Under the pieces are notes generated by a model, which had not been told where the DNA came from, searched no databases, and saw only the letters and a program-made list of their open reading frames with translations. The position numbers were made by a program, and so were the translations under genes. A DNA stretch of 64,000 nucleotides, taken from positions 154,975-218,974 of the forward strand of contig NIVC01001252.1 in NCBI GenBank assembly GCA_002269645.1, written 5' to 3'. The stretch comes from Macrostomum lignano. Taxonomy: Eukaryota. Below, piece after piece: positions 36,031-48,665 of the stretch. Every line of letters begins with the position of its first letter. Within the stretch, counting starts at the first letter, position 1.

Positions 36031-37224
36031 TGCAGAGATCGTGAAGGATGAGTGAGGAGAGAGTGAATTGAATTCCAGACGGGGGGCATACTAGATGTAG
36101 TGGCGAAATTGAAAGCCAGTTCACCCGAATCAATAGGGTGCTGGATAAACGCCCAGTCCAATTTGTAATGATTGATTTCCTAGAAGCAGACGCAGGGTCC
36201 GCTTCTGTTAGGGCAGACTTTGGTAATATAATAACTAAACTCCGTTGGTTGAGGCTCTCGCTGTCTAACTGTAAATATCTTTGCTTGATTCTGCGACCGA
36301 CCGTCTGCAGGAGTCTCGGGACTAAGTATACGTGGAGAGCATCTCATAATATCTGTTGCTGTTCACCTCAGTCTCCCCTCAGACCGGTTGCGGCTTCCTT
36401 CCTCTGCTTATCGCTGATCTCACCACTCCCCGCCCTCATATCCCTGATCCGCGCCCAGCGGCTGGAGACTCGGCCCAAGCGGGCGGATTCTACAGTCCCA
36501 AGGGACTGTCGAACCGGCCTGCTACGAGTAATAAATCACTGGCTGATGGAGGCCGGGATTCAGCAGTTACGGATGCCGGGAGACTTTGAAATTGAAAACG
36601 AATCAGTTTTTTCTAGAAAACACCCCCTTAATTTTCTTAGTTAAGCGCTGATGCACTGGTGCACGAATCGCGAATTTCTGTGTGCTGTTCAAGTGCACAT
36701 TTATGAAAATACCACCCAGAGACGGAGTGGCCGGCCCTAATACTCTCTCTTAATTAGCAGCCTAAAGGTGGGACGCAAAATGAATGCGCAGCGCATGGTT
36801 TATGGCATCCGGCATAGATGCTGCGCCTTCGATAGTCGCCGGTGTGCGCGGACAATTTTTTCTTGCTTTTGAATTTGCTTTTGTAATCCAGTGCAACCTT
36901 TTGTACAACCTTGGGGGAGCGCGCGAGAGAGATTTGAAGAGAGGCAAGAGGGGGGATTTCGATTAAACAATGTTTGTATCCCACTCTGGAATTTTAAAAA
37001 TCATGTCAGGCTGAGATCCCAAGGTAGACTATTGCTGGGGATTAGACGTCCTGGAATATCGATTGATGAATGACATCCTTCTAAATCCGATTAGAAAAGA
37101 AAGGCTTATAATTGGGCAAGAGATTACAGAATTCATCAATCATTATTTTGTAGAATACGGGTGTAATTAAAAGGCCTAATCTGATGTCTTTGATAGAGGG
37201 GTGGGCGTTGGGTTCTGCTGCAGT

Positions 37225-37550
37225 CGGGGGACTGGGTGAGGGAGGAAAGTGGAGTGAGGTGGGGCGAGGGATGAAAGCGGAGTGAGGTGGAGTGAGGGAT
37301 GAAAGCGGAGTGAGGTGGGTGTAGGATCTACTGCAGTCGGGGGCCTGGGTGAGGGATGAAAGCGGAGTGAGGTGGGTGTAGGGGCTACTGCAGTCGGGGG
37401 CCTGGGTGAGGGATGAAAGCGGAGTGAGGTGGGTGTAGGGGCTACTGCAGTCGGGGGCCTGGATGAGGGAGGAAAGCGGAGTGAGGTGGGTGTAGGGGCT
37501 ACTGCAGTAGGGGGCCTGGGTGACGGAGAAAAGCGGAGTGAGGTGGGTGT
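37225..37550. repeat. 57-bp G-rich minisatellite containing GGAGTGAGGTGGGTG
   Basis: About 5 copies. Confidence 0.88.
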
Positions 37551-37859
37551 TACCACTAGGGCAGACAGTTCTGGTCGCATTAGTCAGGAAGAAAGAGGAA
37601 GGAAGAAGGTAGAACAGATGTAAAAGCAAAGCTGAAACCGCGTTGACCGTGAGGGTGTTTGCGCAGGTCACAGCGACAGGGCTTTATCTCGTATCCGAAT
37701 AAAATGTCAAATTTGGAACGACAGTTCTCTGCAGCATGACGTCTGTCTCACTTCTCCTTTCACGGTCACTTAATTCCGCTAGCTCTCTATTGATGTTAGC
37801 TTTTGTGTTCTGTCATTTTAATCACGTTACATATGCGTCCCACGTTTCACATAGTCATT

Positions 37860-38154
<295 letters not shown>

Positions 38155-39614
38155 GCAATTGCATCAGACTGCCAGCTTTGTCTGTCCTACCTTGAATTCG
38201 AAATCACTATCGTTGTGCAGCCCACGGCCTTGTCGGGTCAGCTGAAACTGTGAGCAGCACTCGTAAAAAGAATCGATTGTCTTTTATACCTCAACGCGGC
38301 ATGAAACCAAGTCAAGCCGCCAGTGGAGTGTCAGCCCCTTTGCCAGTTCGGCCTCCATCTGAAAATATACTCTGATCAGAATGGGGCGTTTCCTTTTTCC
38401 CAGGCCGGCGAGAAATCATCTGCAGTGTCTGCGATGCGAAATCCGCTTAGACACGCCGATCTGTTTCTCTGACCAGTCATTTCCTCGGCTGTGGTTTGTG
38501 TAATACGATCCCCATAAGAGTCTCTTTCGCCATCAAGCACTTGCGTGGATTACCTACAGCTCGCGGGAAGCGGCTTAGTCGAGGCTGCTTTTACATTTAG
38601 CACCAGAGTTTCAAGGCGAATTCGCCATATATTGGGATTTTTAGTTTTCAGTCGTTGAAAGCGTTGTTACAGCAGCACATGGATGACACTGATCTATTTT
38701 GCTGCTCATAATATGTCTGGTTTGAAAGTATTCTATAGTTAGTGCATCTCAGGTTTTGAACACTTGATATGGCCAAATATTAACTACAAAAGACTCAAAT
38801 AGCATTAAGTTTCGCATATGGTCTATCAAATTCTCAGCATAAAGATACGAAGTACATGTAGATGTGCTCGTATCTTTCTTCAGGTTGAGACAAACAAAAT
38901 CCTATATTGAAATTGCAATACATTTGTTTCCATTTGAGTTATTAGTATCCAAAATTGAATCTGTGCCCGCGGTGCCCTATATAACATACCGAACAAATCA
39001 TGATATGCACTTCTTTCCATAAGTGTCATATACTTTTTATCTTGACATGCAATAAAAATAAGATGTCTTCAGATATTATTACAAAAACATTGCCAAAGGC
39101 TTTTAGGAACCATGAATTATGAAGATCACCTTTCGTGAAATATTCTTTGTTGCGCAATCAAAAGGTTACCACCAGCGGCTTAAAATTTAATTGAAGTATA
39201 GATTGGCTTAAATATATATTTAAGATATCTTAAATATAAAGAAACATATATAATCTAAATGTGTCACTAGAAATTTAAAGACTATTGTATCAATATCATT
39301 ATATCAGTTTTACCCTTGTTGTTATACTAAAATCGGTTCTAATGAAAATAGATCTATTTCAATATTGGAAACGAAGAGAGCTTTTTTGAAGGCACAATAA
39401 AAGTATACAAGAATTGCGCCGCCGGCTGCTTGCGTCTTTTTGCTCGAATAGGGCTATCCTTAATAATAGATAAATAAGAGTTCCGGTTCATTAAATCCTG
39501 AACCTGAACTTTTATTGCTTTTCCCACAGTCACTTGTTCGTAGTTTTATAAAAAAATACTTCATCATTGTGCATTAATTTCGGTTGTCTTCTCACTGAAA
39601 TCGAAAAACTAAAT

Positions 39615-42600
39615 ATGGATTTCAGCTTGGATGATGCTAACCATCTTCAAGTTTTAGGTGAAATTATCCAACGCGAATTAGAGAAAATTGATATCGAAGG
39701 ACTGATTAGAGATAGAAACCTAGTAGGCCAGGATGCCAATGAATTGCTAGGCAGTGATCTTTTTAGTCATGATTTTCATGACCATGTGCACACCGAGACA
39801 ACAAGACCCAAAGGAAGACTTGAAGCTGAACTTGTTTCAAATAAAGAAGTTCAAAACATTGTTGAAGAAGTGAAGGATAAAGTATTGTCGCAAATGAACC
39901 TGTCTGCATCTAATCCACAAATAAAAGAAGTGCAGGGCAAAACATGTAAGTATAACATCTTTCAAAATTTGTTACTTGTACCAGTGCCATACTTGCATTT
40001 ATTTTATTATAATAATTCAAGGGAAGTTTTAGTTAGGCTATATTATTGATTATAGGCCCCTATACTTAAAAGCCTAAGCAGGTATTTGTGTATATCAAGT
40101 AGAATGTTATTATAAAATATTATTTTTTTGCTTTTCTAACCATTTTAACAGCTTTTTAAATTAAAATTCAGGTATTATTTAAAATATAAGAATAAATATT
40201 ATTATCTTTTATATTTTATGCCTTCATTGATTATTATTTATGATAAAAATAACTTATAGAATAGTTAACTTTTATTCTAATTAAATAAAAAGGGGGCAGC
40301 GAGGCAGGTCACTTAGCCATTAAAAACGGCTAAAGCCCACTTGTTTTACCAAATAGATTCTAAATTAAAAAAATTGTGTCTTTTAATTTTATAAAAAGTT
40401 GTAAAAAATTATATGGCATATATTTAAAAATAACAAATAGCCAAATAAAATATATATGAATGCATTTTGAAGATTGTAAATAATGTTTGATTTATTTATG
40501 ATTTTTAAATGTTTGTTATAGTTTTTTGAAGAAAAAAATTAAATTGATAGAATAATAAATATACACAAAATTTTTAATAATCTAATTTAAGTATTAATAT
40601 TAGATTAGTAAATTTATATGATCCAAGCTATAATAATATATAATTATTAATATCATTACTTATAACTATAATGTATAGTATAAAAGGCCAATTTAATACT
40701 ACAAAGAAAGTAGTAAATAAGTAAACCAAGTGTATTTGACATTTTTTAACTGAGTTATAGTAATTCTATATATAAGCAAAATGAATTTGAAGAAACTAAT
40801 ATCAAAACTGCTGACTTTCCTAAAAAATGGTTGGAAATCTATAAAATCTGGTGTTTCCTGATCTGGCTTGAATAAATAAGTGAATATTTGCAAGACAGCC
40901 ATTGTCATCTCTGGTGCAATGACTTTAGAGCAAAATTGCCCCACAACCAGCGCTGACGGCAATTCTGCCCCATTCTGCTGACTCACTGAGCACTCTGCCA
41001 TGTACTCTACCATTAGGCTGCAGACATGTACTCTCTCTGTGCCTTGGGGGTTGTCCCTCATAAATTCAAATCGCATGACAATTAATATGGCCACGCATCT
41101 CTTGTAGGTATACAGCCTTCATTTATTTTTACTCAATGTGTTCCCTGAATCCGCAGACGAGGCGGTGGCCAACGGCCTCTCCCGCGGGGCAGTCTTCCTA
41201 GCGCTCGAGGTGCACGAAGGCCGCGCCTTTGTCGGCTTGGGCGTCGGCGACTCCGACGATGAAGCCGCTCAGATGAGCCTCCACCTGGCTTTCGGGCCGG
41301 GCGGCCAGCGGTTTCACTCCCGGCAATTTGCCTGCGTCAGCAATCCCAAAATTGGCGAGACATTCTACATTGAGCTGGCCAAGCCCGGGCTGGGCGATGC
41401 CTCTCTGCTGGGCCTGTCCGACCCGCTGCACCTGGTGCTGCTGCGGCACGACTCTGGCGAACACCGTCAGCTGGTCAGCAGTACAGAATTCGACTGGCGG
41501 CCCCTGCTGTGCGAGGCCTCCTTGGCTATGCGGCGCAGCGTCCGGCTCAATGGGGTTGGCGCCGAGGCGCAGGTGTCCGCCGGCCTGCTTGATGTCACTG
41601 CAAGGCTGCTGTACAGCGGGACGAGACAGGTGAGCGGCTGTAAATCTAGGAAGAGGGCTGGTTGCTAAGGGGATCTGGCAAGAGAGTTGGTTACTAAGGA
41701 GGTCTGGCAAGAGAGTTTGTTGCTAAGGCGATCTGGCAAGAGAATTGGTTGCTAAGGCGATCTCGCCAGAGAGTTGTTGCTTAAAAGATCTGGCCAGAGA
41801 GTTGGTTGCTAAGGGGATCTGGCTAGCGAGTTGGTTGCTAAGGAGATCTCGCCAGAGAGTTGGTTGCTTAAGAGATCTGGCCAAAGAGTTGGTTGCTAAG
41901 GTGATCTCTCCAAAGAGTTGGTTGCGGTTGCTAAGGGGATCTGGCAAGAGAGTTGGTTGCTAAGGGGATCTGGCCAGAGAGTTGGTTGCTAAGGGAATCA
42001 CGGGAAGATAATTTCTGAAGGATCTGAAGAGTTGGTTGCTAAGATCTGGGAAATTGGTTGCTAAGGTCTGGGAAGTTGGTTTCTAAGGTCTGGGAAGTTG
42101 GTTCCTAAGAGAATATGCATAAGTTAGTCGCTGATTATCCAAACCCAGATTGACAGGTTCAGCCCGGATCTGGTGCAGCAGCAGCTGGCCATGGAGCGCG
42201 GCAGGCGCGAGAACTCCGAGCGCCTATTTGTGCTCTACGCCAGCCAGTGGTGGAGCGAGTACTGCGCCGCCCGCGCGGCCAACGCCGACCGCCTAGTGAA
42301 GATATTCGCCAAAGACGAGTGCGGCCGGGACCGCCCGGTCTTCGAACTGGTCAAGCCGCTGCGCGCCGGCCGCCTCATCGAGTCGCCGCGGCACGCCGCC
42401 AGATTCGTCGCCTGCCTGCAGTACGAGCGGGCGGCTGCGCTGGGTTGCGGCCTGGCCGACATGTGGTGCAGCCGGCACGCTTTCTTGGCCAGGGGCCGCG
42501 GCGACACCGGCGACCACGCCGCCCTGCTCTGCTCGCTGCTGTTGGGCTTCGGCCTCGACGCCTACGTGGCGTTCGGCGCCAAAGCCCCGGCTTCCAGCTC

Positions 42601-44441
42601 TGGTGCTAACGCGGCCTCCGGCAGCCCGGTGGCCTGGGTGGTGACGCTCAGCCAGCTGGGCAGTTCGGCCGAACCGGCTTCTGTACACTTTTGGGACCCC
42701 GTCAATGGGCAGCGCTTTTTGCACAGGTAGGATGGCGCTTTCAGCCGACTGCAGCTCTTAATTATTGAATAGTTGGTTCTTAATTAGTCAAGCACCACCT
42801 CACTCCGCCAATTCTTCCTCCATACACTGAGTGCTCGCCGATTGGCTGACCCTGCCCCACTCCTTCTCTCATTGGTTGGCAGCCCACCCCACTCCGCCAA
42901 TTCTTTCTGCATACACTGAGTGCGCACGGATTGGCTGACCCTGCCGCACTCTTATTTCATAGTAAAAATTCTAAAACTAGTATTCAAATTTCAGCGGTCA
43001 GCAGCAGTCGCAGCATCCCTACACCCGCATCGGCTGCCTGTTCAATCACCGGTCATTCTACGCCAACAATCAGGCCAGTGACGCGGTCGCCTCCTGCCGC
43101 TTCGACTTGGACGATTCCGCCAGATGGAAGCCGATGAGCGAGGAGGCGATCGGGGCGGCTTTGACTGGCGGTCCGACGCCGCCCGGTTGCTTAGCAACTC
43201 TGAGCGCCCCGCTATTGGACGCGGTGCGCGAGTCAAACCAATTCGAGCTGCGCCTGCGCGCCGCGGTGGCCGAACGGCGCGAAGCCGACGGTCTGGGCGC
43301 CACGCAGTGGGACGAAGAGCTCAGCTTCTGCCTGACCGGCGCCCTGGCCGGCTACGAGCAGGAACGCCTGCACGGAGTCGCCTTCGCCAACGAGGAATTC
43401 CAGGCCGCTATGAATCGTCTGGTGCCAGACGGGCACACCTTCCGGGGCTACCCGCTGCAGGTGCGTTCGGGCTCGCTTTTGCCGCCGAAAATGTGTGTCC
43501 ATATTTATCTATTTATGTGTCAGGAGTGACTAGAATGTGTCAGGAGTGACTAGAATGTGTCAGGAGTTACTAGAATGTGTCAGGAGTGACTAGAATGTGT
43601 CAGGAGTTACTAGAATGTGTCAGGAGTGACTAGAATGTGTCAGGAGTGACTAGAATGTGTCAGGAGTGACTAGAATGTGTCAGGAGTGACTAGAATGTGT
43701 CAGGAGTGACTAGAATGTGTCAGGAGTGACTAGAATGTGTCAGGAGTGACTAGAATGTGTCAGGAGTGACTAGAATGTGTCAGGAGTGACTAGAATGTAT
43801 CAGAAGTGAATAGAATGTGTCAGGAGTGACTAGAATGTATCAGGAGTGACTAGAATGTGTCAGAAGTGACTAGAATGTGTCAGTAGTGACTAGAATATGT
43901 CAGAAGTGACTAGAATATGTCAGAAGTGACTAGAATGTGTCAGGAGTGACTAGAATGTATCAGAAGTGACTGAATGTGTCAGGAGTGACTAGAATGTGTC
44001 AGGAGTGACTAGAATGTGTCAGGAGTGACTAGAATGTGTCAGGAGTGACTAGAATGTGTCAGGAGTGACTAGAATATGTCAGAAGTGACTAGAATGTGTC
44101 AGAAGTGACTAGAATGTGTCAGGAGTGACTAGAATATGTCAGAAGTGACTAGAATGTGTCAGGAGTGACTGGAATGTGTCAGGAGTGACTAGAATGTGTC
44201 AGGAGTGACTGGAATGTGTCAGGAGTGACTAGACCATTAATCGATCGCCCTAATCCAGGTTCTGCACCGGGACCCGCGCCGGGCCCTGGCCGCTGCTCTC
44301 CGGTCGCCGGTCGGCCGGGAGGTGGTGTTCTGTCGCGGTGACCGGGTGCGGCTGTGCGCCCGGGCTCGGGTGGTGTGTTACGCTGAGTCAGCCTGCGCCA
44401 CCTGGCTCATGATCGGCTGCACCTATCAGGCCGCGTTGTGA
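39615..44441 (+). CDS. CEP76: Centrosomal protein 76; 5 exons
   Basis: Exons 39615-39945, 41157-41629, 42149-42726, 42995-43460 and 44259-44441, all phases consistent. Matches recalled CEP76 motifs: N-terminal LGEIIQRELEKIDIEGLIRD (cf. LKQLIHQQLSKMDVHGRIRE), C2 domain (FLALEVHEGRAF...SDPLHLVLL), ERLFVLYASQWW, RLVKIFAKDE, KPLRAGRL, GDTGDHAALLCSLLLGFG, IGCLFNH, WKPMSEEAI, VPDGHTFRGYP, ESACATWLM. Exon 1 is less certain than exons 2-5. Confidence 0.92.
41655..42110. repeat. ~29-bp minisatellite (GAGAGTTGGTTGCTAAGGGGATCTGGCAA) in CEP76 intron 2
   Basis: Degenerate tandem copies filling the intron. Confidence 0.87.
43515..44232. repeat. 20-bp minisatellite (GTCAGGAGTGACTAGAATGT) in CEP76 intron 4
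   Basis: About 36 copies. Confidence 0.95.
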
Positions 44442-44844
44442 GTGCTTGATGTGCTGCTTGATCTACGAGTTCAGCTAACAATCTGTAGAGCTGCTCATTC
44501 ACTCATGTTATTTATCCACCTAAATCTGTTGTGATTTGCTGCACATGAAGGGCCGGCCACTTGTGTGCAAAAATTCAGAACAGCATCCGACTTTTAATCG
44601 AGTTTAATTGAATCTGACCAATTAGAAGTACATTTTTTCATGCAACAAAATGTACTTTTTTTCAAGTACTCCTTTCTTATTCATATTTTTTCTATTGTTT
44701 CTCAATATAATATTCCACTATTTCTGTGAAATACATGTTACGGTTAGTTTTTCTTATTGTTTAGTTTTTTTAGCCATGCAGTTTAGGGCAGAAGATCTGA
44801 TGAAATAAAATATATTGTCTCACTTTTAACTTTTTTTAATCATT

Positions 44845-45750
44845 GCTGATGATTTCTGATGATTGCTGATGATTGCTGATGATTGCTGATGATTGCTGAT
44901 GACTGCTGATGATTGCTGATGATCCAAGGGTTGCTGATGATCCAAGGGTTGCTGATGATCCAAGGGTTGCTGATGATCCAAGGGTTGCTGATGATCCAAG
45001 GGTTGCTGATGATCCAAGGGTTGCTGATGATCCAAGGGTTGCTGATGATCCAAGGGTTGCTGATGATCCAAGGGTTGCTGATGATCCAAGGGTTGCTGAT
45101 GATCCAAGGGTTGCTGATGATCCAAGGGTTGCTGATGATCCAAGGGTTGCTGATGATCCAAGGGTTGCTGATGATCCAAGGGTTGCTGATGATCCAAGGG
45201 TTGCTGATGATCCAAGGGTTGCTGATGATCCAAGGGTTGCTGATGATCCAAGGGTTGCTGATGATCCAAGGGTTGCTGATGATCCAAGGGTTGCTGATGA
45301 TCCAAGGGTTGCTGATGATCCAAGGGTTGCTGATGATCCAAGGGTTGCTGATGATCCAAGGGTTGCTGATGATCCAAGGGTTGCTGATGATCCAAGGGTT
45401 GCTGATGATCCAAGGGTTGCTGATGATCCAAGGGTTGCTGATGATCCAAGGGTTGCTGATGATCCAAGGGTTGCTGATGATCCAAGGGTTGCTGAAAGGT
45501 TGCTGATGATCCAAGGGTTGCTGAAAGGTTGCTGATGATCCAAGGGTTGCTGAAAGGTTGCTGATGATCCAAGGGTTGCTGATGATCCAAGGGTTGCTGA
45601 AAGGTTGCTGATGATCCAAGGGTTGCTGATGATCCAAGGGTTGCTAAAAGGTTGCTGATGATCCAAGGGTTGCTAAAAGGTTGCTGATGATCCAAGGGTT
45701 GCTAAAAGGTTGCTGATGATCCAAGGGTTGCTAAAAGGTTGCTGATGATC
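44845..45750. repeat. 18-bp minisatellite (GATGATCCAAGGGTTGCT)
   Basis: About 45 units, preceded by GATGATTGCT repeats. Confidence 0.95.
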
Positions 45751-46249
45751 CCAGCTGTAAAGGCTCAATTAATAGCGAATGGAAAAAGCTCAGGCTTCCA
45801 CTTAGCCTTGCGTGCTATTATATATTGTGGTTGATCGATTTGCAATACGATGTACATATAGCCAGAAGGGCCGAAGCTCAAGCCGATTGGCTGCAGAAGA
45901 GAGAAGAACTGAATGGGGTGGGGGTTGGAAGGGTTAAGTTGGCTAGCGGGAGAGAGAGTACATTGAACAGCGGGGCTGACAAGAGCGCGCAGCGCACGGG
46001 GACGGCTCACACCAGCCTTTGGTCTTTACTATTGATAAACCTTGAATAAGATGATCCTAAACACCCAACAATCAAGTCATTCAGTAACAACGACAACAGC
46101 GAAATACGCTGACGGATCAAACCTAGACAGTCCTAACAGCATCACAGGGCCCGTCTCAGGGCTTCGGTGGTAGCAGAACCCGCCGCAATGCATACGGAAT
46201 GCGGGGCGCCGGCGTTCGCTAGCAGGCCAGTCGACGAAAGTATGCGTTT

Positions 46250-46752
46250 GTCCGCGCCGGTAGGATGCCTGCTGCGTCAGTATTCTTCAGCTGTTGTCCG
46301 CGCCGGTAGGATGCCTGCTGCGTCAGTATTCTTCAGCTGTTGTCCGCGCCGGTAGGATGCCTGCTGCGTCAGTATTCTTCAGCTGTTGTCCGCGCCGGTA
46401 GGATGCCTGCTGCGTCAGTATTCTTCAGCTGTTGTCCGCGCCGGTAGGATGCCTGCTGCGTCAGTATTCTTCAGCTGTTGTCCGCGCCGGTAGGATGCCT
46501 GCTGCGTCAGTATTCTTCAGCTGTTGTCCGCGCCGGTAGGATGCCTGCTGCGTCAGTATTCTTCAGCTGTTGTCCGCGCCGGTAGGATGCCTGCTGCGTC
46601 AGTATTCTTCAGCTGTTGTCCGCGCCGGTAGGATGCCTGCTGCGTCAGTATTCTTCAGCTGTTGTCCGCGCCGGTAGGATGCCTGCTGCGTCAGTATTCT
46701 TCAGCTGTTGTCCGCGCCGGTAGGATGCTTGCTGCGTCAGTATTCTTCAGCT
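46250..46752. repeat. 46-bp perfect minisatellite (TCCGCGCCGGTAGGATGCCTGCTGCGTCAGTATTCTTCAGCTGTTG)
   Basis: About 11 nearly identical contiguous copies, no spacers. Confidence 0.94.
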
Positions 46753-47318
46753 GGCATTTTGCTCTGAATATTCTGACGTTTGAAGTTATTGCATATTTTA
46801 AATGCTCTTTCTTGCGCGCATGCTGTATCGACAACGTTAAAAAATATTGATACCTTCTGATACGCTGGTACATCCCATATACGGACCGACAGTTCCTCAA
46901 GTCCCGACAGTGATAAAACTACTGGTTCCAACGGGCTTGGTTAGGTAAACTGCCAGCCCCTATCTGTGAGAGCTTAAAAAGTGCTCATACGTGGAAATTT
47001 TCAAGCTAACAGCTATTGACAGGCAGTTGGACAGTATGAAATTTCCCATGCAGTGCACTTTTGCTTCTGTTGACTGCTGCAAAGATATCGCAAAATTGAT
47101 TGAAACAAAATCAATTGGTACAGAAGAAAATATCGATAACGGCTTTTGACAGCTCTGACAGGCCGTGAGCGGCATGACAGTCCGAGACCGCGTCACCTAC
47201 AGCGCCACCAGCGGCACCATAAATGAGAGCCCAGCGACCGAGCCCGAGACCCAATCAGCAACTCGACCCAGCAGCCAGTCTCAAGAAGCCAGCAACCAAA
47301 GCACCCAGCTCAGCAGCC

Positions 47319-47606
47319 ATGTACAAGCTCGTCTGTCTGTTCGCTCTCGTGGCCTTCGCCGCCGCCGCCTACACTCCGGAGCAGAAGAACGAGGTCGTGA
47401 ACGACATCATTCACGAGGTCGTTCCCGTGATCAGCATCGACACCAACTGCCTGCTGCAGAACGGCATCGACTCCGTGAACTGCCTGATCTCAAACGTTGC
47501 CTCCTGCTACTTCGCCCACGGCACCAACATCAGCCAGCTGGCCGGCTGCCTGGCCAACAAGTGCGGCGGCAGCGCCATCCAGATCATCAGCTGCATCAAG
47601 CTGTAA
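47319..47606 (+). CDS. Small secreted cysteine-containing protein, 95 aa, intronless, unknown family
   Basis: Clear signal peptide MYKLVCLFALVAFAAAA and six mature-region cysteines. Strongly GC3-biased codons like the host exons. TATA-like CATAAAT at 47218 and AATAAA at 47660. Confidence 0.8.
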   Translation: MYKLVCLFALVAFAAAAYTPEQKNEVVNDIIHEVVPVISIDTNCLLQNGIDSVNCLISNVASCYFAHGTNISQLAGCLANKCGGSAIQIISCIKL

Positions 47607-48665
47607 CTGCTCTGTATGTCAGAGTGATTCGAAAGAAATATTTTATCTGAAGGCACGTTAAATAAATGACAGCAGATTAAAAGCTACCAAAATCGCTTTG
47701 GCAAAGCATACGCTCGAATTTTAATTGCTTCATTTACTTTGTGTTTACTAAGTGGAAGTGTTGACGATAAAATAATTGAGGTGTAGAGTGTCAACTTACT
47801 GTACTTCCTGTAGTCAGGACGACTCGTATAGACTGAAGTACTTGTGTCGTTATTGAATGCACATTAGTCTCTCACTTAACGCGTTGTGGACGCACTTTTA
47901 TCGGATATAATCGCTCATGAATTTCTGCTTCCAGTCATTCTACTGTTAGTAGCACGATTTGAAGTCTTCTTCAATTTATTTCATCCTTTGTCATGATTTT
48001 AGCGAAGCCTCAGTCCCCAGTTCGCTGCGACTTGTCCCTCCCGTCTCTGTATTATTGCGAGCAAATCATAAAATTTGGCCTGGATTTCAACAAACTGGTT
48101 CAGCCAATCGCAATCGACGTGTTCCGGTATAACAAGTCGCGAGCCAGCTTGGCGACTATTAAAATCTTGTTGATTGGACTCGACCGCAGGGACATCAGGG
48201 GTCATGGCACTTCATCTGGGAACGCCCCGCCTTTACTCAGGACAGGCTCACCTACGTCGGCCCAAACCCGGACCTCTCCGACGTTTTCGGGCTCGAGAAT
48301 ATTTGCCAGCTCGTCCGCTACCTAAGAGTTGCCGGGCAAGCGACTATCCACCTTCTGGACTCTCCGGAGGGGGGTCGCGCCGCCCCAAATTGCTGTAGAA
48401 TCGAATAGGGTCACGGCGCTAGAGTCTGACGATCTACTGTGTACCCACGTGCAGTATGCTAAATAAATCTGTTTCTTGCAAAAACAAATATTGTTTTTGT
48501 CATGCTATTAACTCATGTCATGCTACTCTTAACTCCTAAATCCTTAAGAGTGTCCCAACTCCTAGCTCCTAGCTGGCTTTTCTGTGCTATAGAATCAAGA
48601 GTAAATTTTAAGAGCTAGGAGGCTCCTTAAAGACGTTGGGATACTCCTTGGTGAATTTAGGAGAC

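Noticed and set aside
38640-39420. Possible divergent gene fragments upstream of CEP76 (PSMG2 is head-to-head with CEP76 in human)
   Set aside because: The short minus-strand frames could not be joined and showed no resemblance to PSMG2.
46250-46752. CRISPR-like appearance of regular 20-46-bp repeats
   Set aside because: Units are contiguous with no unique spacers, there are no cas genes, and the context is eukaryotic.
47223-47318. Upstream in-frame ATG giving a 127-aa version of the small secreted protein
   Set aside because: That ATG overlaps the TATA-like element, and the signal peptide starts cleanly at the ATG at 47319.
47993-48398. Short overlapping ORFs left of the Harbinger/Gypsy block
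   Set aside because: No motifs, splice context or codon bias to support coding status.
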